From positions 32,001-96,000 of IMG/VR virus record IMGVR_UViG_3300037524_002067: a DNA stretch of 64,000 bases, one strand, 5' to 3'. The translations under genes and the position numbers were made by a program. The DNA is from a virus. The notes beneath the pieces are model-generated. The model was not told the origin of the DNA. It saw nothing but the letters and a program-made list of their open reading frames with translations, and ran no database searches. The first letter of the stretch is position 1, and each line of letters opens with the position of its first letter. Shown here one piece after another: positions 57,256 through 64,000 of this stretch.

Positions 57256-57803
57256 TTTGTGGTTTGAATTTCGCCGCTTTTCATATAAAAACTCAACTCT
57301 TCAAATACACATGTTAGTATATCTAAAAAAGTGAATTTTGTTTTTAAATTCAACTCTATTTCATTATGTGTTAAAGTCATTTTTTCATCAATAAAAACAG
57401 GCAAACTTCCCAATCTATCAAACCCTTCTTCACCATCTTTTGGTTCTATAAATTTTATTTCTGGCAAAACATATAAATAATCTTCCTCGTCGCTAGAAAA
57501 ATCATCACTTTCTATTTTAAAAGATTTATAAAAAGTTATGCTTTTATATTTTTTATCCAATTTTGAAGTTGCGGTGAAAGCCCTTATTGTTTCATACTCT
57601 TCTGAGAAGTAGCCAGAAATAAAACTTTTTAAACCATAAAAACAATGCATTAAATCATCAACGGTAACACTTTTATCAATTGTTGTATAAAAACCCAACA
57701 CTTGCATTAAATAAGTGTTTATATCTTCTATTTCATCTGTGGTAATTAAATTTCCATCCAAATAAAGATTGCCGTTTTTTGCTATTTTTAAAAAGCTGCT
57801 CAT
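57252..57803 (-). CDS. hypothetical protein
   Basis: 183 aa, coupled to the Clp gene. Confidence 0.6.
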   Translation of the reverse strand: MSSFLKIAKNGNLYLDGNLITTDEIEDINTYLMQVLGFYTTIDKSVTVDDLMHCFYGLKSFISGYFSEEYETIRAFTATSKLDKKYKSITFYKSFKIESDDFSSDEEDYLYVLPEIKFIEPKDGEEGFDRLGSLPVFIDEKMTLTHNEIELNLKTKFTFLDILTCVFEELSFYMKSGEIQTTN

Positions 57804-59824
57804 TTTACAGTAATTACATTTTCTTTTTCATCATATTTTAACTTTATAGTTGATCCTGGTTTTATTTTTTTGGACAACAAAAACTTAGCTATAGGCGTTT
57901 CAATATGAGTGGTTATTGTTCTTTTTAGAGGTCTTGCTCCATAATCTTTATCATAACCATTGTCAGCTATAAATTTTTTAACAGCCTGATCAATGTTTAT
58001 TTTATAACCTTTTTGTTCTATTCTTTCAATTGTTTTTTGCAATTCAATATCTACTATTTTAATTATGTTTTCTTCTGATAAAACATTAAAAACTATTTTT
58101 TCGTCAATTCTATTTATAAGTTCTGGTTTAAAAACTTTTTTAAGTTCTCCCAAAACTTTGTCATTAATATCTTCTTTTTGAGCACTTGATGATAAACTTA
58201 CAAAACCCAACTTTTTATCTGATACAATTTTTTCTGTACCTATATTTGAAGTCATTATTATAATTGTATTTTTAAAATTTACTTCTTTTCCATGTGAATC
58301 TGTCAACCTGCCATCGTCAAGCACTTGCAATAAAATATTAAAAATATCTGGATGAGCTTTTTCTATTTCATCAAACAATAAAATACAATATGGTCTATTT
58401 TTAACTTTCTCTGTAAGTTGCCCTTTATCTTCATGTCCAACATAACCAGGCGGTGAACCGATCAATTTATTTACAGAAAATTTTTCACCATATTCAGACA
58501 TATCAAACCTCACAAAAGAATCATCAGTGTCAAACAAATATTTTGACAAGACTTTTGCCAATTGTGTTTTACCAGTACCAGTTGGACCTAAAAAAAGAAA
58601 AGATATTGGTTTGTTTGGGTCTTGAATACCGAGCCTGGATCTTTGTATTGCGTCTGTAATTTTATTTACAGCCCCATCTTGTCCAACAACTCTTTCTTTT
58701 ATATAATTATCAAGATGCAACAATTTTTCGTTTTCTGAATCTGTAATTTTGTTTAGCGGTATACCCATTTGTTTAGATACAATACTTGCAACATCCTCTA
58801 TTTTTACATTAATTTTTGTTTGCTTTATTTTTTTCTGCCAAGCAATATTCTCTTCTTCTATTTGTATTGTTAAATCTCTCACTAAATCTCTATATTTTGC
58901 TGCGCCTTCATAATCTTGTGTTCCAGCAGCTTCTCTTTTTTTTGCTTCAGCCTCTTTTAATTCATTTTCTAATCGCTTTATTTCTTCTGATACTGTTGCG
59001 TTTGTAAGTTTAACCCTTGAACCGACTTCGTCCATTAAATCAATAGCTTTATCTGGAAAATTTCTCATTGTAATATACCTGTCAGATAATTCAACGCATT
59101 TTTCAATAACTTCATCAGAATAAGAAACACCATGATATTCTTCGTATTTGTGTCTTATTTGTTTTAAAATTTCAACAGTCTCTTGAGTTGTAGGTATTTT
59201 AATATGTACTTTTTGAAATCTCCTATCTAAAGCACTATCGTTTTCTATAACTTTTTTATATTCATCAGTTGTAGTTGCGCCTATGCACCTCATTTCACCT
59301 CTTGATAAAGCTGGTTTAATTATGTTTGCAGCGTCCATTGTACCTGATGCTCCACCAGCACCTATAACATTGTGAATCTCATCTATAAAAACAATAACAT
59401 CAGGGTTTTTCTGAATCTCTTTTATGATTTCCTCCATCCTTTGTTCAAATTCCCCTCTATACTTAGTCCCAGACACAATAGATGTTATGTTGAGTTCAAT
59501 TATTCTTTTGTTAAACAACATCCTATCAACTTGTTTATTGTATATTCTCAAGGCGAGCCCTTCTACTATTGCTGTTTTTCCAACGCCAGGCTCTCCAACA
59601 AGTATTGCGTTATTCTTTTTCTTTTTGCTTAAAATTTGTATCGTTTGATCTATTTCTTCATCTCTTCCTATTACCAAATCAAGCTTACCAAGAGAAGCCA
59701 ATTTTGTTAGATCTTTTCCAAAATTATCCAACACTGGAGTGTTAGATTTGCTTTTGCTTTTTAATCTATCCAACTTTTGGCTATCATCTTCCTCTTCGTT
59801 AAATGCCTTATTTTTGTTGTCCAT
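57800..59824 (-). CDS. clpC: ClpC-like AAA+ chaperone lacking the N-terminal Clp repeat domain
   Basis: GEPGVGKT, FIDEIH, UVR middle motif, GPTGTGKT, GSPPGYVG, YGARPLKR. Confidence 0.9.
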   Translation of the reverse strand: MDNKNKAFNEEEDDSQKLDRLKSKSKSNTPVLDNFGKDLTKLASLGKLDLVIGRDEEIDQTIQILSKKKKNNAILVGEPGVGKTAIVEGLALRIYNKQVDRMLFNKRIIELNITSIVSGTKYRGEFEQRMEEIIKEIQKNPDVIVFIDEIHNVIGAGGASGTMDAANIIKPALSRGEMRCIGATTTDEYKKVIENDSALDRRFQKVHIKIPTTQETVEILKQIRHKYEEYHGVSYSDEVIEKCVELSDRYITMRNFPDKAIDLMDEVGSRVKLTNATVSEEIKRLENELKEAEAKKREAAGTQDYEGAAKYRDLVRDLTIQIEEENIAWQKKIKQTKINVKIEDVASIVSKQMGIPLNKITDSENEKLLHLDNYIKERVVGQDGAVNKITDAIQRSRLGIQDPNKPISFLFLGPTGTGKTQLAKVLSKYLFDTDDSFVRFDMSEYGEKFSVNKLIGSPPGYVGHEDKGQLTEKVKNRPYCILLFDEIEKAHPDIFNILLQVLDDGRLTDSHGKEVNFKNTIIIMTSNIGTEKIVSDKKLGFVSLSSSAQKEDINDKVLGELKKVFKPELINRIDEKIVFNVLSEENIIKIVDIELQKTIERIEQKGYKINIDQAVKKFIADNGYDKDYGARPLKRTITTHIETPIAKFLLSKKIKPGSTIKLKYDEKENVITVK

Positions 59825-59840
59825 ATTTTTTTATTTAAAT

Positions 59841-60044
59841 TTAGTTGTTTTTTGGTGATAACTCAATAAAATAAATATTGTTGTTATTTTTATCAGCGGA
59901 AATTGAAAGTATGTCAAACTTATTTGCTCCATGCAAATTTCTAATCTCATCCCACAAATCGTCAAAACCTCGCCTTTCAATCTCGTTGGAAGTAACAGAA
60001 TACACTATCTTTTCCAATGTCTCCTGTATTAACTCCATAACCAT
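59841..60044 (-). CDS. hypothetical protein
   Basis: likely start MVMEL after TATTTAT. Confidence 0.5.
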   Translation of the reverse strand: MVMELIQETLEKIVYSVTSNEIERRGFDDLWDEIRNLHGANKFDILSISADKNNNNIYFIELSPKNN

Positions 60045-60149
60045 ATTTATTTTTAATAAATAATAGTATATTTTTTTCAAATAACAAAGTGTAACAATAA
60101 AAAACTCGACCTTTTTGGGGTCGAGTTTAAATTTTTTTAAAAAACACAA

Positions 60150-61052
60150 TTATAATTTGTATTTTTTATCTACTTTATCAATTAATTTTATAACCTCAAT
60201 ATTCATCTCCAATTCATTTAACTTCTTCTTAGACAGATTTGTTAAACCTTGGTTTATTTCGGTTTTTATTGATTTAAAACTTGAATGCTCTTTGTTTATT
60301 CCATTTATAAAAGAACTTAGAGTGTTTGCTAAACAATAATTTAAACTTTGCTTTACGCCCCTATCTGACCATTCTTGTTCAGTGTAAAACTTTATAACCT
60401 CATCACTTTCCACAAATTCATAAAAAAGTTTACATGTCCCATTGTCTCGATTTTTTGTTGTGTAAATAAATCGAGTGTTTTTCTTTTCTTGAAAAACCAT
60501 GTGCATATGACAATCAGCTAAGTGTTTTATTCTGTTTACACCTGAAAAATCACCATCTTTATTTACCATACCAATAAGAATAGCTGTTCCACCAGTCTCA
60601 TCCTTCCATTTTTTTAACTCACTTAACACGCGAAGTTCTGCAGCGTCATCTCCCAACCCATGAGAAGCAACAAAATCTGTGGCTGCAGTTTGAAGTGAAT
60701 CTATGATAATGAATTTATAGTTACGTTTTTTTATTTCAGCCATAAAATCCAAAAAATGAGGGTATTCTTTTTCGTCAGTTATATAAGCGTTTTTGTGGTC
60801 AATGCTTACTCTGCGAGTCTGTTTTGCAGCTGATTCACTCGATGTTTCTCTCTCATATAAGGCTGTTGGGATATTTTTAAGACTTTTTTGAATAACTTTT
60901 GCCAAGGTTGTCTTACCAGCCCCAGAGGTACCTGTAAAAAATATAACAGAACTCTGGAAACCACCATCAACAGACAACATGTTGTCAAGTTTTTCTATTC
61001 CAGTGAGTACGCCTGGTGTTGAATTTACGCTGATTGTGCTGTAATTTTTCAT
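60150..61052 (-). CDS. RecA-superfamily (RadA/Sms-like) ATPase
   Basis: TGIEKLD..L...GG, GTSGAGKTT, IIIDSLQ, KDGDFSG...HLAD, KNR. Confidence 0.8.
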   Translation of the reverse strand: MKNYSTISVNSTPGVLTGIEKLDNMLSVDGGFQSSVIFFTGTSGAGKTTLAKVIQKSLKNIPTALYERETSSESAAKQTRRVSIDHKNAYITDEKEYPHFLDFMAEIKKRNYKFIIIDSLQTAATDFVASHGLGDDAAELRVLSELKKWKDETGGTAILIGMVNKDGDFSGVNRIKHLADCHMHMVFQEKKNTRFIYTTKNRDNGTCKLFYEFVESDEVIKFYTEQEWSDRGVKQSLNYCLANTLSSFINGINKEHSSFKSIKTEINQGLTNLSKKKLNELEMNIEVIKLIDKVDKKYKL

Positions 61053-61116
61053 TTTCTTTTTGTTTTATAACTTGTTATACGTGTGTAAAAACAAAAAGGT
61101 TTCAAAAAAGCTTTTT

Positions 61117-62496
61117 TTAACAAAGAGGGGCAATTATTTTTTTAGCAGATTCATAGTCTTTTAATATAAAAGCCTTTTTATTCACTAAAAAATTGGACAT
61201 ATCTGTTATTTTAAACAAATTACATATAGTTAAAAAATCAGTTACTTGTTTTTCGGTGCAATTTAAACCATAATCCTGTATAGACTTTAAAAAGTCTCTA
61301 TATTTTGGCATCATATCACCAACACTAACTGATCCATATTTAAAAAGAACATCTAAAAAACTCATATAACTAGCATCTTTTAAAACAACACCTTGCGATT
61401 TTAAATCTTCTAAAATTTTTTGCTTTTCATTATAGTCTGACTTAATTTCTTCTGTTTTTAAAGGCTGAAATTCACCTTCTTGGTTTGCTACATAACTCAT
61501 AACGACATCTGTTTTTTCTGGTTCATTCGTTGTGTGTTGATTTTTGTTTTCTTCTTTTAGTTCAAAATTTTCTGGAGCAATATTTGCTCCCTCATTTGCT
61601 CCCTCATTTGCTCCCTCATTTACAGTATCATTTACACCATCATTTACAACATCATTTACAGGAGGTCCTTCTTTTTTTATTTTTTCTTTGTCTTCTCCAA
61701 ACTCCCTTTCCAAAGCTATATTTGTTGCAACTATTAAAAAAACAGCCATTGGATCAAAAACAAATATTAATAAAAGTATAAAAAAATTAACTACTTGATC
61801 CATGTCTCTACCAGTGAGTTTAGCTATATATTTAAGTGGTCCAACTTCACCATTTACATCGTTGTTTTTAAGATTTAAAACCTCAAGATCTAAAGCTGTT
61901 GTTTCATTATACTTTCTTTGTGTTCTAGCGTTTAGTGAATCAATTTCAACATTAACACTAAAAATCTCTTTGTTAGCTTGCTCTATTTGAGCCTCGACTC
62001 TTTTTGCAACACCAATCTGTCTTCTCCCGTATAAGCTATCCAGTCTTGATTCTTGTTGGCTTCTAAGATTTGTCAAAGATTTTATTCTATCAGACTTTAA
62101 ATTTTTGCTTTCTTCTAATCTTTTTATTTCAGAAATTATAATTTCTTTTTTCTGGTTAACCATTTCAATTTGAGCGTCTATATTCTGAAGCTTTCCAGAT
62201 GTTGTAGAGTATGCGTTTGATAAAAAGCCGTATATACCAGCACTTGTTATTATCATAACAACTGCAACACCAATTACGAGATATGTTTTAAGGTGCCATT
62301 TTATTTTTTTCCAATACCTGTGTAAAAATGAAGCTGTAACTATTTTTGCAAATTCCAAGGCGGATGCCATTATTATAACTTCTACTTTGGCACCACCAAA
62401 TAATTTCGACAAACCAGTTACGGAAAAAAATGCAGCTGCTCCAGCTAATGACAAAGCTGCTAACGCAACTAAAAATGGGAATATATACTTTTTCAT
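61117..62496 (-). CDS. membrane protein with coiled coil
   Basis: three N-terminal TM segments, coiled coil, EVGPLKYIA, IFVFDPMAV. Confidence 0.7.
   Translation of the reverse strand: MKKYIFPFLVALAALSLAGAAAFFSVTGLSKLFGGAKVEVIIMASALEFAKIVTASFLHRYWKKIKWHLKTYLVIGVAVVMIITSAGIYGFLSNAYSTTSGKLQNIDAQIEMVNQKKEIIISEIKRLEESKNLKSDRIKSLTNLRSQQESRLDSLYGRRQIGVAKRVEAQIEQANKEIFSVNVEIDSLNARTQRKYNETTALDLEVLNLKNNDVNGEVGPLKYIAKLTGRDMDQVVNFFILLLIFVFDPMAVFLIVATNIALEREFGEDKEKIKKEGPPVNDVVNDGVNDTVNEGANEGANEGANIAPENFELKEENKNQHTTNEPEKTDVVMSYVANQEGEFQPLKTEEIKSDYNEKQKILEDLKSQGVVLKDASYMSFLDVLFKYGSVSVGDMMPKYRDFLKSIQDYGLNCTEKQVTDFLTICNLFKITDMSNFLVNKKAFILKDYESAKKIIAPLC
61582..61660. repeat. 12-bp coding tandem repeat (VNDx / ANEG tetrapeptides)
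   Basis: ATTTGCTCCCTC x3 followed by ATTTACAnnATC-type units. Confidence 0.75.
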
Positions 62497-62533
62497 TAAG
62501 TTGAAAAATAATAATTTTTAAATGAAAAACCAA

Positions 62534-62965
62534 TTATTTTTCACCAGGTTGTAAATCTGTGTGTGTGTTATCGCCCAAACCATGTTTTATTTTAAAATCT
62601 GATATCATTTTTTGCAAAAAAGATGTTGGTCTTCCATGAGTTTCGTTGTTTGGTCTTAAATCTTCCAGGTGTTTTTTTGTCCACTTATTAACTTCACCCT
62701 CTGGGGTAATATAATCTTCGTAATTATGATACCAAGTATCTTCATACCAAACATAAAGTGGATGGACTTCACCATATGAATAAGCAACATACATCTTTCC
62801 TAAATCACCCAAATCTTCACCATAAGTGTGAGATCCAACGAAATTTCTGCGATTAGCAACCTCTTGGGAAGCTTGTTTATTCGTTATTCTCTCTTCGTCT
62901 AAATATGCCTCCATTGGAATATTAAGCAAAGATTCTCTTATTATTTTTCTAATTAGATCTTTCAC
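62534..62965 (-). CDS. hypothetical protein (putative virion-associated)
   Basis: MKDLIRKIIRESL start; TATTTATA upstream. Confidence 0.6.
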   Translation of the reverse strand: MKDLIRKIIRESLLNIPMEAYLDEERITNKQASQEVANRRNFVGSHTYGEDLGDLGKMYVAYSYGEVHPLYVWYEDTWYHNYEDYITPEGEVNKWTKKHLEDLRPNNETHGRPTSFLQKMISDFKIKHGLGDNTHTDLQPGEK

Positions 62966-63045
62966 TCAAGTTTTTGTTTTATATAAATATCTTAAAAAAA
63001 ACCCCCAAAACATAATTTTGAGGGTTTTAAATATAGAGAATTTAA

Positions 63046-63510
63046 TTAAAAAGGTAGGTCTTCTTCATCTTGTGAATTAAATGCTTCATTTCCATTTGTA
63101 TATGCGTTTGCTTGTTGAGCTGCCTGTGCAACACTATTGCTAACACTCTCTGTTGGAGCATTGTTAGCACTAGAAGATCCTGGTCCTTTTGGAAACAATT
63201 TAATTTCATCAACTTTAATTTTTGTCCAATAGCTCACTTTTTCATCTTTTTCACTTTTTCCATAAGTAATATATCCTTCGATATACACAAGCATTCCTTT
63301 TTTAACGAATTCAGATGCAAATTTTGATTTGCCATTCCAAAGCTCTATTGTATGCCACTCTACTTTTGTTTGTTTGTTACCATCTTTGTCTTTGTAAGAA
63401 GAATTGGTAGCCAACGAAAAAGTTGTTACCTGATTTTCACCTTGAAAAACTTTTGTTTTAGGGTCTTGACCCACTGATCCGATTAGGATTACTTTGTTTA
63501 CTCCGTCCAT
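63046..63510 (-). CDS. ssb: single-stranded DNA-binding protein
   Basis: VNKVILIG.VGQDP, FSLAT, EWH, KGMLVYIEG, acidic DLPF tail. Confidence 0.95.
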   Translation of the reverse strand: MDGVNKVILIGSVGQDPKTKVFQGENQVTTFSLATNSSYKDKDGNKQTKVEWHTIELWNGKSKFASEFVKKGMLVYIEGYITYGKSEKDEKVSYWTKIKVDEIKLFPKGPGSSSANNAPTESVSNSVAQAAQQANAYTNGNEAFNSQDEEDLPF

Positions 63511-63616
63511 AATAGTGTAATTTTTATTTGTTTATAATGCTATAATTTAAACACTAACACGTATAAAATAAAGTTTTTTTGGATATTTATTAAAAACACA
63601 GACAATTTTGTATCTT

Positions 63617-64000
63617 ATGCAAAAAAATTTAAAATCAATAATCAGAGAAGCTTTTAACGCGGCTTATCAACAATATAAAAAAAGCATTGTTAAAGAGGAT
63701 ACTTCAGCTGAAATGGCTGCAAGATTTGAACAAACCCCTGAAGGTAGAGCGCAAAAGGCAAAAGCTGATCAAGTTATTGATGTTCTAGATAATCAAAAAA
63801 GAGGTTGGGAAAAATACCACTGGGATCCTTCTGGAACTTCATCTTATGACAATTTAAACCACGCACAGTGGAACTATATAATAGAAACACTTTCAGAAAG
63901 AGCTAGATTAACAAAGGATCCAAAATACGCTCAAATATTTTCTAATATATATTCTGTGCTTCCAGTAAGAACTATTGATAGTGATGGCAACTCTATTTCT
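63617..64000 (+). CDS. hypothetical protein, partial (runs off window)
   Basis: MQKNLKSIIREAF start after TATTTAT. Confidence 0.6.
   Translation, partial: MQKNLKSIIREAFNAAYQQYKKSIVKEDTSAEMAARFEQTPEGRAQKAKADQVIDVLDNQKRGWEKYHWDPSGTSSYDNLNHAQWNYIIETLSERARLTKDPKYAQIFSNIYSVLPVRTIDSDGNSIS

Noticed and set aside
1-64000. Genome-wide TAG reassignment (code 15), suggested by the suppressor tRNA
   Set aside because: Long conserved genes read intact in code 11 without internal TAG, and TAG ends several ORFs (7343, 21870, 33492, 37827, 40529). Only local in-frame ambers were found. Regions outside this window cannot be judged.

Overview
AT-rich, gene-dense segment of a large (jumbo/huge) dsDNA bacteriophage genome, mostly encoded on the minus strand. 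The host is probably a Bacteroidetes member, inferred from TAnnTTTG promoter elements and the lack of Shine-Dalgarno motifs. The window carries two tRNA arrays (Pro/Asp/Tyr/Ala/Gly/Met at about 16.2-22.7 kb; Ser/Arg/Trp plus a TrpRS gene at about 41.9-44.9 kb), an amber-suppressor tRNA, a roughly 830-nt structured ncRNA (GOLLD-like), several HNH/GIY-YIG endonucleases, and accessory genes (dut, ssb, ClpC-like ATPase, ABC transporter module, voltage-gated channel, ArdC-like protein, 2H phosphoesterase, SpoT-like HD hydrolase, PrsW, a polyvalent protein). Main finding: each tRNA array is preceded by a short unannotated leader ORF (both start MKTVT) whose regulatory codons match the amino acids of the downstream tRNAs. 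Each leader overlaps an antiterminator strand complementary to a downstream intrinsic terminator, which is the layout of ribosome-mediated attenuation, here controlling phage tRNA supply. Further apparent translation sensors: a release-factor gene with two in-frame UGA codons, a Pth2-like gene with UAG at codon 3 upstream of the suppressor tRNA, and uORF/hairpin switches. Many tRNA-like RNAs have non-canonical architectures. All family calls come from motif recognition by eye; no database searches were run.
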